In this document: piece after piece, positions 37,062 through 46,027 of the stretch
Layout of the letters: every line of letters starts with the position of its first letter
Position numbering within the stretch: the stretch's first letter is position 1
DNA from: Minisyncoccota bacterium
GTDB lineage: Bacteria; Patescibacteriota; Minisyncoccia; UBA6257; 2-01-FULL-56-20
Assembly: GCA_041664245.1 (NCBI GenBank)
Contig: JBAYLC010000003.1
Span: 394 to 64,393 of the forward strand
Direction: 5' to 3'
Length of the DNA stretch: 64,000 nucleotides
Notes under the pieces: generated by a model
Database searches by the model: none
Told to the model about the DNA's origin: nothing
The model's input: only the letters and a program-made list of their open reading frames with translations
Program-made: the position numbers and the translations under genes

Positions 37062-37862
37062 ATGAATTCTAAAGAGATAACCGCTCTGCGAAATGTATTA
37101 TCTGCTGCCATTCAAAAAGCTGGAAAAGTAGTTCTGACATCTAGAAAAAGGATCAGCATTGCAAGTACCTCCGCTCACGACTTAGTAACTACTGCCGACC
37201 ACAAGTCGGACGGATTATTAATCGCTACCCTCAAAAATCACTTTCCGAAAATTGCCGTATATTCCGAAGAGTCCGGCGGTGAAAAAAAGTTTCCAAAAGA
37301 ACTATTGGCTATTTTTGATGGAATTGACGGAACTATCAATTACTCCTCGGGGTCTCCTATCTGGGGAATCTCCGGAGCTATTCATGAAAACGGCATACCC
37401 ATCGCAGCCGCAATTTGCCAGCCCGCCCTAAACAAATTCTTCTCTATGACCGCTTATAAAACGGCGACCGTTCATCGCCAGGTCAGCGAAAGGAAATTGT
37501 CCGTTAGTAAGAAACGCGACCTAGAAACAGCTCGTGTTTGCACGGAATGGAAAAAAGGCAATTCGGAAATCGTCTATGATATCCTCCGAATCCTCTTTGA
37601 AAACACAATGTGCCCGCAAATATTTGTTTGCTGCACATTCTCGATAATGTTGGTCGCCGAAGGAATTTTAGATGGCTGCGTAGCATCCGGTCCTACGCCC
37701 GAAGACGTCGCCGCAGCAATTCCTATTCTTGAAGCCGCCGGCGGTCGCGTCACTGATCTCGATGGCAATCCCTACGACATATTTTCGGGAAAGGTAATGG
37801 TCGCTTCGAACGGCCACATCCACAAAGCACTTTTGAAAACTCTCGAATCGATCAGGAAATAA
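37062..37862 (+). CDS. inositol monophosphatase / CysQ (3'(2'),5'-bisphosphate nucleotidase) family phosphatase
   Basis: It has the metal-binding motifs YSEESGG, FDGIDGT and EDVAAA..EAAGG. It has its own TTGACA-N16-TATAAT promoter at ~36997-37025. Confidence 0.75.
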   Translation: MNSKEITALRNVLSAAIQKAGKVVLTSRKRISIASTSAHDLVTTADHKSDGLLIATLKNHFPKIAVYSEESGGEKKFPKELLAIFDGIDGTINYSSGSPIWGISGAIHENGIPIAAAICQPALNKFFSMTAYKTATVHRQVSERKLSVSKKRDLETARVCTEWKKGNSEIVYDILRILFENTMCPQIFVCCTFSIMLVAEGILDGCVASGPTPEDVAAAIPILEAAGGRVTDLDGNPYDIFSGKVMVASNGHIHKALLKTLESIRK

Positions 37863-37904
37863 CTCTAACCCCAACCGTTCCGAAAATGGAACAAGGAGGT
37901 TTAA

Positions 37905-38687
37905 TTGCTTAGAGTCAAAAATTGCGCTTCGGTAGGTATTATCTATCGAGCGAACCAACCGGGACAGGTCTTTCTCGAAACTAAAACTCCCGGTTATCCC
38001 GTGGAAGTTTTCGTGGGAAAGGGATTATTGCTGGGCGGCAACTGGGTTGGAAGCGTTCCGGACAAAAATCCCCTTGAAACTTTTCAGAGGGAAATCAGAG
38101 AAGAACTTTCTTTCGGAAATCCAGCTTTTGACCCCCAAGAAGTTGAATTACTCTTTGGAGAAAAAGCAATTGGGCATCCGTCCGAGGTAAGAAACATTTC
38201 TCCCGACCCCCAAGATGAAATCGAGCTGGAAAAAATAGTATCGACCATCTGTAATGGGGCAAAACCCTTTGGCGTATTTAGTCAAAAAGTTTCAAGGTCT
38301 CTTTTCGACAGCGGAAATCTCAAAAACAGAGCGGACGACCATACCGGCCTAATCTCTGTTTTCGAAGTTCCCCTCGAAGATGATACTTGGCTGCTACTGA
38401 TGAACCTTCAGGAAAAATTCGGAAATCTGTCTAACGAAAGCCAGAGTACCGCAACCTCTGTTTGGGAAATCCTGAAAAGAGGTATTCAGCTTGCGTGGGG
38501 AGAAGATCGCATCCTTATGCAGCACTTTCTGCGACATGGAATAGATGAAGCAGCAGGAATGCGACTAATGCCCTTTATCAATCTAAAGTATTGGGGACCC
38601 GTCGCCGACAATTACGACACCTACCTCCAGTCCATGGAAATCGAGAAGATTCCAAATGGAGTCGAACGACCCAAAATCACATCTTAG
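37905..38687 (+). CDS. Nudix-fold protein with degenerate Nudix box (paralogue B), TTG start
   Basis: The LGGNWVGS..FQREIREELSF region aligns with paralogue A. A Shine-Dalgarno sequence (aaggagg) precedes the TTG start. Confidence 0.6.
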   Translation: MLRVKNCASVGIIYRANQPGQVFLETKTPGYPVEVFVGKGLLLGGNWVGSVPDKNPLETFQREIREELSFGNPAFDPQEVELLFGEKAIGHPSEVRNISPDPQDEIELEKIVSTICNGAKPFGVFSQKVSRSLFDSGNLKNRADDHTGLISVFEVPLEDDTWLLLMNLQEKFGNLSNESQSTATSVWEILKRGIQLAWGEDRILMQHFLRHGIDEAAGMRLMPFINLKYWGPVADNYDTYLQSMEIEKIPNGVERPKITS

Positions 38688-38766
38688 CGGAGACTTGAAT
38701 CACCAATCCAAATCTCCAATAGAGCGAACTGACAATTCGCTCTTTTTTTATCTTGGTTCGCAATAT

Positions 38767-41700
38767 CTATATCTTCCTCACCCCCACCCAAATTTCTTCA
38801 CCGTCTAATTTAGTAATAATCTCCACCAAAAACTTTTCCGATTTTTTATAACTAATTGATTCCGCGCCCACCTCCTTTTTAAATGAATCTTCGTTTTTAT
38901 CAATTATTTTTCGCAAGCTCTCGGGTAACTCCATCATTCCCATGATTCGATCCTCTGCGCTTAGTCCCGCTTTCGCTCTCAAATCCTGAACCAATCTCAC
39001 AAATTCCCTAACCAATCCCTCTTCTTTTAATTCTTTAGTAATATTCAAATCCAACTCCACCTCTCCGGAAATTTTGTCGTTAAATTGTACTTCCTTCACA
39101 TTTACCTCATCGGCTAAAATCCGAATTAACTCCTTATTCTTAATTCCTAAATCTTTATTCTTAATTCTCAAAGCCGCCAAAGGTTGGCGGACTTTGATTC
39201 CCGCCTCCGCCCGCTTAGCTAGCCCCAACGCTGCTAATCTTCTCACTTCTGCCATCTCTTCTAAAATTTTTGATTTTTTTTCTCTTGTTTTTAATTCCGG
39301 CCACCTCTCTAGATGTACTGATATTTCATTCTTGATACCTGATTCCCTATTCTTAATTCCTTCAAAAATAACCTCCGCAAAAAATGGCGTAAACGGTGCA
39401 ATTAATTTCGTTATTTCTTGAATCACGTAACCCAGTGTTTGCGATACCGCTGTATAATCTTTCTCGCTTATTGGTTTCTGTAGCCTTCGCCGCGACCTCC
39501 GAATATACCACCGTGATAAATCATTAATCAATTCCTCGATAACTATTGTCGCCTCTCTTACTTCGTAATTCTCGAGGTGTTTAGTTGTCTTATCAATCGT
39601 TTCATTAAGCCGCTCCGAAATCCATTGATCTAAAATATTTCGTGATTCACGATTTGCTATTTGTGATTTGCCATTAGCATACGTGTAATAAAACAAGAAC
39701 GAATTCCATAAAATCAAATGAAATTTCCGGGAAGTTTTTACAATTTCCGCCTCGTCGAAATTCCGAGGCTCTCCCGCCGGCGCCGCATTATAAAAATACC
39801 ACCTAACTGCATCTATCCCGTATTTCTCAATCATCGTCGCTGGCATAACAATATTTCCTTTTGATTTTGACATTTTCTGGCCAAATTTATCGTTTATAAG
39901 CCCAAGGCAAATAACATTTTTATAAGGTGCTTCAAAACCCAAAAGAGTCGCCACCGCTAAAAGGGTGTAAAACCACCCGCGCGTCTGATCTACTCCCTCA
40001 GAAATATAATCTGCTGGATACTGTAAATCTTTTAATCCTTTATTCTGTTCAAACGGCCAATGCGCCTGCGCTAGTGGCATCGCCCCCGAATCAAACCAAA
40101 CATCGGCAATTTCTTTCACCCTTTTCATTTTTCCGCTGCATTTTTTGCAACCAAAAACCATTTCGTCCGCAAACGGCCGATGTAGATTGATCTCCCCTGT
40201 TCTGTCTCGTGGGTTAAGCTTCAAATCAGTTTTTAAAAAATCTGCTACATTTATAAAAATCCCCTCCTTTTTTCCTATTTCTTGAATCGCTTCTTTTTCT
40301 GTCCATCCCCTCATTATTTGAGCAAACATCCAAATTGGATATTCGTGGCTTACAATCAAAATTCTCTTTCCCTTGTATTTCTTTTCAGTATCTTTAATAA
40401 AATCCCAAAGTCGAGTTCGCAAATCTAAAAGCGACTCTCCTCTCTCCGGTTTCTTCGAAAATTTATCCTCATAAGTTGGAAATTCATCGTGATATTCTTT
40501 TAAAGGTCGGCCCGAAAATTCAGCCACTTGTATCTCCCGAATTCGCTTATCGAAATTTACCTTCTTAATTCCTAAGATTTTTGAGGTAATCTGAGCCGTC
40601 TCTTTTGTCCGCAAAAGATCAGAGGCAAAAATCAATTGAATTTTTTCTTTTTTCAAAACCTGAGCGGTTTTCTCCACCTGTTTTCGGCCTCGATCGGTTA
40701 AGTGAAAGTTCTGATTGCCCGAATCAGCAATCCCCAACATCTGTGTTTCCGATTCTCCATGTCTCATAAATAAATACTCATTATTAGCCTCCCCCATCCT
40801 ATCACTCAATTCATCAAGACTGCCGATTACCTCTTCCTTGCCGCACTTACCACAAATCCAAATCGGCAAAGGCGTTCCCCAATATCTTTCCCGGGAAAAA
40901 TTCCAATCCTTCACCTCTTTTAACCATTCACCAAACCGGCCTTCTTTAATGTGTTTTGGCAGCCAATTTATTTTTTTATTCGCCGCCATCAACTCATTTT
41001 TTACCGCCGTGGTCTTCACAAACCAAGCATCTCGCGCATAATAAAGAAGTGGCGTTTTGCATCGCCAGCAGAATGGATATTCATGAGAATATTTTTCTAT
41101 CTTTAGTAAATTCTCGTTCTTTTCTAAAATACTGAAAATTTTCTTATCCGTTTCGGGATCCTTAACATACATTCCGCTCAAGCCCGACACCTCCTTTATG
41201 AATTTCCCCTGTTCATCAACCGTGTGAAATTGCGACAAACCGGCTTTAGCGCCTAACTTATAATCGTCTTCGCCATACATCACCGCCGTGTGTACCACCC
41301 CCGTTCCATCCGTCGTCGTCACAAAATCCGCCGCGTAAATCTTATAAGAATTCTTATTCTTTAATTTAGAAACATTAAAAAGCGGCTCATAATTCAACCC
41401 AATTAGATCCTTACCCTTGGTTGTTTTTTCAATTTTTCCCCGGACGCCCACCGCCTCAATCCGCTCTTTCGCCACCACAAAAATTTCTCCGCTCTCTGAT
41501 TCAAGCAAAACATAATCAATCTTTTCTCCCACCGCCAAAGCCACATTTCCCGGCAGTGTCCACGGCGTCGTTGTCCACGCCAACACATAAGTTTTGTCGT
41601 TCGTGTACCAGTCTCCAATTTTCTGTTTCGATTTTAATTTGAATCTAACGTAAACCGATTTATCTTCCACCGTCTCGTATCCCTGCGCCACCTCATGAGA

Positions 41701-42267
41701 AGAAAGGCCCGTCCCGCACCGTGTGCACCACAAAATAACCTTGTATCCTTTATACAAAAGCTTCCTCGCCCAAAACTGCTTAATAATCCACCACAATGTT
41801 TCCATATAATCCTTTTCATAAGTGATATATGGATTTTTTAAATCCAGCCAAAACCCCATCCGCTCTGTTAATTGCTCACCCTCTTCTTTGTACTGCCAAA
41901 CCGACTCCTTACACTTCTGATTGAATTTCTCAATTCCATATTCCTCAATCTCTTTTTTTGACTTCAACCCAAGCTTTTTTTCCACTTCAATTTCCACCGG
42001 CAAACCGTGCGTGTCCCAGCCGCTCCGCCGCGGCACATAAAAACCGCGCATAGTTTTATAGCGTAGAATAATATCCTTAAAAGACCGTGCTAAAACATGG
42101 TGGATACCCGGCCGCCCATTCGCCGTTGGCGGTCCCTCATAAAAGGTGAATTTTTTCTTTCCCTTATTTTTTTCGAGTGATTTCTCGAAAATTTTATTTT
42201 TCTTCCAAAACTCCAAAACCTTCTCCTCGGCTTTAGCCAAACTAAAATCTTTAAAATCCGCAAACAT
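38767..42267 (-). CDS. ileS: isoleucine--tRNA ligase with inserted histidine-phosphatase (PGAM-like) domain
   Basis: It has HIGH (PGIHH), the CP1 editing region, a CxxC zinc knuckle and KMSKS. A ~200 aa RHGES histidine-phosphatase domain lies between VIGSLDEL and LHRPF. The start may be 42297. Confidence 0.9.
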   Translation of the reverse strand: MFADFKDFSLAKAEEKVLEFWKKNKIFEKSLEKNKGKKKFTFYEGPPTANGRPGIHHVLARSFKDIILRYKTMRGFYVPRRSGWDTHGLPVEIEVEKKLGLKSKKEIEEYGIEKFNQKCKESVWQYKEEGEQLTERMGFWLDLKNPYITYEKDYMETLWWIIKQFWARKLLYKGYKVILWCTRCGTGLSSHEVAQGYETVEDKSVYVRFKLKSKQKIGDWYTNDKTYVLAWTTTPWTLPGNVALAVGEKIDYVLLESESGEIFVVAKERIEAVGVRGKIEKTTKGKDLIGLNYEPLFNVSKLKNKNSYKIYAADFVTTTDGTGVVHTAVMYGEDDYKLGAKAGLSQFHTVDEQGKFIKEVSGLSGMYVKDPETDKKIFSILEKNENLLKIEKYSHEYPFCWRCKTPLLYYARDAWFVKTTAVKNELMAANKKINWLPKHIKEGRFGEWLKEVKDWNFSRERYWGTPLPIWICGKCGKEEVIGSLDELSDRMGEANNEYLFMRHGESETQMLGIADSGNQNFHLTDRGRKQVEKTAQVLKKEKIQLIFASDLLRTKETAQITSKILGIKKVNFDKRIREIQVAEFSGRPLKEYHDEFPTYEDKFSKKPERGESLLDLRTRLWDFIKDTEKKYKGKRILIVSHEYPIWMFAQIMRGWTEKEAIQEIGKKEGIFINVADFLKTDLKLNPRDRTGEINLHRPFADEMVFGCKKCSGKMKRVKEIADVWFDSGAMPLAQAHWPFEQNKGLKDLQYPADYISEGVDQTRGWFYTLLAVATLLGFEAPYKNVICLGLINDKFGQKMSKSKGNIVMPATMIEKYGIDAVRWYFYNAAPAGEPRNFDEAEIVKTSRKFHLILWNSFLFYYTYANGKSQIANRESRNILDQWISERLNETIDKTTKHLENYEVREATIVIEELINDLSRWYIRRSRRRLQKPISEKDYTAVSQTLGYVIQEITKLIAPFTPFFAEVIFEGIKNRESGIKNEISVHLERWPELKTREKKSKILEEMAEVRRLAALGLAKRAEAGIKVRQPLAALRIKNKDLGIKNKELIRILADEVNVKEVQFNDKISGEVELDLNITKELKEEGLVREFVRLVQDLRAKAGLSAEDRIMGMMELPESLRKIIDKNEDSFKKEVGAESISYKKSEKFLVEIITKLDGEEIWVGVRKI

Positions 42268-42651
42268 AGTATCTATATTCAAGCACAAAAAACACAATCA
42301 GTTCAAATTAGACCGAGCTTCCCTTTCGGTAAAAAATCAATTAAACTAGAGCAAAACAGAAAGATAGCCCCTCCTCTTCTCCACCGAACCGCTCTTCTCT
42401 TCTCAAGGAGCAAACCAGGAGAAACAGACTTCCCGTCACTATCTTTCTGTTCTTTTTTTCGCCTTCCCAGCCGAACTAACTACTTCGGCAGAATAGGCAA
42501 GCAGAGCGCCTCCCCTTCTAATTACCACCAAAATAAACTATTCTTAAAATCAAGAGGCAAGATAGATAAGAACTCAAAAGGGACAGACAGCCAAGCTATA
42601 TCCAATAGGGCAAAACGTTCAACCACCTATCTATCTTGCCCTTTTTATTCT

Positions 42652-44346
42652 CTAGATTTTATCCAAAACTTCTATCCCCAAGAGTCCTAGGCCGCTTTCA
42701 AGAACTGTTCCCGCCAAATCAATAAGCCCCAACCGGGCATTTTTTTTATCTCGATCGTTCTCTCGCCCCACCGGCACGGTCTCGTAAAATCTATTAACCA
42801 AATTAGCCAGCTCAAAAAGATATTCTGTTAGCTCGCTGGTTAAAAACGTCCGCCTCGCTTTTGTCACCGCTTCTGGAAACTGCGCAATTTTAAGAATTAG
42901 ATCATCTTCAACTTCATTTTTTAAGAATTCAAATTTTGGTTTCGCTGCCCTCCCTGATTTGTTTTTTATTCCTTGAATCCTCGCATAGGTATATTGCAAA
43001 TACGGTGCGCTATTCCCTGAAAAATCCAACATTCTCTCCCAATCAAAAACAATATCCGAATGCCTATTTTCCTTCAGATCGCCATATTTCAAAGCGCCGA
43101 TTCCCACCGCTCGAGCCACTCGCTCTTTTTCTTTTTCACTCAACTGTGGATTTTTTTTAGCCACCACCTCTTTTGCCAAGCCAATTATTTTTTCTATTAA
43201 ATCACTCAAAATAATCACTCTTCCTTCTCGAGTCGCAAACCTTTTCCCTTTTTCACCTAAAATAGTTCCAAATTTTATGTGTTCGGTTTTTATGTCGCTC
43301 CACCCTAAAATATTTTTTATCGCAAAAAGTTGTTCAAAGTGAAGCGACTGCTCATTTCCCACCACATACAAAATTTCCTCCGGCCTGTATTTTTCTCGAC
43401 GATACTCTAAATTGGCGATATCACGAGTCAGGTACAAGCTAGCGCCATCCGATTTCTGAATCAACCCGGGCGGCAAACCCCGATCATCAAGCGGCACCAC
43501 TAATGCCCCTTCGCTTCTTTTCGCCACTCCCCGCTTAATCAAATCATCAACTAGTAGCTTCAATTTCTTTTCGTAAAAAGCTTCTCCAATCCAGATATCA
43601 AAATCCACTCCCAAAATTTTATAAATCTTTTGAAATTCTTTGAGTGATTCTTTTTTAAACCATTCCCATAATTTTCTATTTTCTCGGTCTCCTTGCTCCA
43701 GCTTTTTAAATTCTTCCTGGCCCCGCCCTTCGAGCTCCGGCTTTTCCTTCATCTCGTCATGAAATTTCACGTAGAGTTTTTGGAGTTCTACGATCGGTTC
43801 CTGCTCCACAACTTTTTTGTCCCCCCACAACTTATACGCTGCGATTAACTTTCCAAACTGCGTCCCCCAATCACCCAGATAATTCCACCTTAAAACTTTA
43901 TAACCCGAAAACTCAAAAATATTAGCAATCGCGTCGCCGATAATTGTCGAGCGAATATGCCCCACATGCATCTGCTTGGCGATATTCGGATCAGAATACT
44001 CCACTATTATTTTTTTGCCTCGGCCGATTTTTGTCCGGCCAAAATTTTTTCGCTCCGCGTAAATTTTTTCTCCCTCCGATTTAACAAAATCCGGCGCGAG
44101 TTTTAAATTAATAAAGCCCGGCTTAATCACCGAAACATCAGCAATCATTTCTTTTGGCGCCTCCTTCCTAATCGCCGTCGCCCAATCCTCCGCCAGAACC
44201 ATCGGATTTTTACCGAGTTCTTTTGCCAACTTCAGCGCCGCGTTGGTCGAAAAATGGCCAAATCCTTTTTGCTCCGGCACCGTCACCTCAAACCCATCTT
44301 CTCGGCCAATCGCCCGTTTTATTAATATTTCTACTTTTTCTTTCAT
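42652..44346 (-). CDS. argS: arginine--tRNA ligase
   Basis: It has the HIGH motif HVGH and the DALR anticodon-binding domain. Confidence 0.9.
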   Translation of the reverse strand: MKEKVEILIKRAIGREDGFEVTVPEQKGFGHFSTNAALKLAKELGKNPMVLAEDWATAIRKEAPKEMIADVSVIKPGFINLKLAPDFVKSEGEKIYAERKNFGRTKIGRGKKIIVEYSDPNIAKQMHVGHIRSTIIGDAIANIFEFSGYKVLRWNYLGDWGTQFGKLIAAYKLWGDKKVVEQEPIVELQKLYVKFHDEMKEKPELEGRGQEEFKKLEQGDRENRKLWEWFKKESLKEFQKIYKILGVDFDIWIGEAFYEKKLKLLVDDLIKRGVAKRSEGALVVPLDDRGLPPGLIQKSDGASLYLTRDIANLEYRREKYRPEEILYVVGNEQSLHFEQLFAIKNILGWSDIKTEHIKFGTILGEKGKRFATREGRVIILSDLIEKIIGLAKEVVAKKNPQLSEKEKERVARAVGIGALKYGDLKENRHSDIVFDWERMLDFSGNSAPYLQYTYARIQGIKNKSGRAAKPKFEFLKNEVEDDLILKIAQFPEAVTKARRTFLTSELTEYLFELANLVNRFYETVPVGRENDRDKKNARLGLIDLAGTVLESGLGLLGIEVLDKI

Positions 44347-44384
44347 CCTTTCTTCTATATAAGGTACATAATATAATAACTGTA

Positions 44385-44822
44385 ATGAAAATCCTATCTG
44401 AAAACCGCCGCGCCCGTTTTGATTATGAAATCCTCGAGTCCTTCGAGGCTGGTTTAGAGCTGATCGGCCAAGAAGTTAAAAGTATTAAAGGTGGAAGGTG
44501 CAATCTAAGCTCTAGCTATGGGATTATTAAAAACGGCGAAGCCTGGCTTTTAAACGCCGAAATTCCTGCTTATCAACCCAAAAACGCCCCCGCCGATTAC
44601 GAATCCAGCCGCTCGCGCCGGCTTCTTCTTCATCAAAGCGAAATAGCCAAACTTACCGGCCGGCTTCACGAAAAAGGCCTCTCTCTGATTCCAATTAAGG
44701 CCTACTTGAAAAGGAATATGATTAAAATCGAGCTCGGCCTCGCTCGCAGCCGGAAAAAACAAGACAAACGCGAATATCTCAAAAAACGCGAAGCTCAAAA
44801 AGAAATCCGAAAAGAAAAATAA
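44385..44822 (+). CDS. smpB: SsrA-binding protein
   Basis: The sequence begins MKILSENRRARFDYEIL..GQEVKS. The internal start sits within the longer track ORF. Confidence 0.85.
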   Translation: MKILSENRRARFDYEILESFEAGLELIGQEVKSIKGGRCNLSSSYGIIKNGEAWLLNAEIPAYQPKNAPADYESSRSRRLLLHQSEIAKLTGRLHEKGLSLIPIKAYLKRNMIKIELGLARSRKKQDKREYLKKREAQKEIRKEK

Positions 44823-44912
44823 TTAAAAATCACTAAAAATAAAAAGCCCGTCCTTAAATCAGGAACGGACTTAACAATTTTGACGCTCATATCAACTACA
44901 AGGGCTTCTTAT

Positions 44913-45200
44913 TTATTTAAGCCATTCCCTTTCTTCTTGTAGGAGACGATTCTCTTGCGCAACACGGACTGCGGCATTTGTGAACGCTCTGGAAACATCT
45001 TTCGCTTTCCTGGCCAGCAGCTCTTGAACTGATATATTCAACGCTGCCGCCTCCTTGCCCAACCTTTCCGCTTTTTCCCTTTGCCTCGCTCTCTTTTTAG
45101 GCCAGGACAACCTCTGCCCTTGTCCGACTTCCTTTCCCACGCTCGTTAGCTGACTTCCAATAAATCTTGTCTGAACGCTAGACTTCATAAAAACCTCCAC
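44913..45200 (-). CDS. hypothetical small basic protein
   Basis: The 95 aa ORF is followed on the minus strand by an intrinsic terminator at ~44845-44880. Confidence 0.45.
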   Translation of the reverse strand: MEVFMKSSVQTRFIGSQLTSVGKEVGQGQRLSWPKKRARQREKAERLGKEAAALNISVQELLARKAKDVSRAFTNAAVRVAQENRLLQEEREWLK

Positions 45201-45251
45201 AAAAATAAGTTTCTTTTACTTTTTTACCACATCGCTAAAAAATTCGCAATC

Positions 45252-45932
45252 CTACTTCTTTATTACTAACTCCTCCTCTGGATTTTCTTTTTCTAAATTC
45301 TCCAAAATTTTTTCCGCCACATATTCCGGTTTCATAAATTGGTCATAACCGGGCGGGCGGCTTCCGTCAAAAAGCCCTGTTTTCATCTTATCCGGAAAAA
45401 CCGAAATCACTTTAATATCAAATGGCTTAGTTTCTAGTCTCAAAACTTTCGTAAAACCATTTTCCGCGAATTTACTGGCGCAGTATCCCGCCGAACCGAC
45501 GTGCCCTTCAATTCCACTTACTGAAATTATATTCATAATCATTCCTTTCTCCGCTTTCTTCATCGGTCCGAGCGCCGCCCGCGAACCGTAAACCATCCCA
45601 AATAAGTTTACCTCCAACATTTTTCTTATTTCCTCTATTGGCAGATCTTCAATCGATGAATGCGGCAGCCAAATCCCAGCGTTATTCACCCAAATATCAA
45701 TCCGATTAAAATTTTTTATTGCCACCGCGGCCAATTCCTTAACATCAACCTCCCTAGTCACATCCGCCGTAAAATAAACTGCCCCCAATTCTTCCGCCAC
45801 CCTTCTTAACTCGTCCCGCTCATTCGCGCTCAAAACTAATTTTGCTCCCAATTTTTTAAATCCCGCCGCCATCGCCAATCCCAATCCCCGGCTAGCGCCA
45901 GTTATAACCACCACTTTATCCTGTAACTTCAT
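45252..45932 (-). CDS. short-chain dehydrogenase/reductase (SDR) family oxidoreductase
   Basis: It has a TGASRGLG Rossmann motif and a YxxxK catalytic motif (YCASK). Confidence 0.85.
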   Translation of the reverse strand: MKLQDKVVVITGASRGLGLAMAAGFKKLGAKLVLSANERDELRRVAEELGAVYFTADVTREVDVKELAAVAIKNFNRIDIWVNNAGIWLPHSSIEDLPIEEIRKMLEVNLFGMVYGSRAALGPMKKAEKGMIMNIISVSGIEGHVGSAGYCASKFAENGFTKVLRLETKPFDIKVISVFPDKMKTGLFDGSRPPGYDQFMKPEYVAEKILENLEKENPEEELVIKK

Positions 45933-46027
45933 AATTGAATTATAACTTATTCAAAAAATTTAAAATTTTATTATTCCTGTGCATAAGTAATCCCCTTTTA
46001 GTAGAAAACAAGTTGTATAATTAGTAC

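Noticed and set aside
42298-42651. T-box riboswitch upstream of ileS.
   Set aside because: The conserved T-box sequence AATTAGGGTGGNACCGCG is not present on the ileS-sense strand. Only generic hairpins and terminators are.
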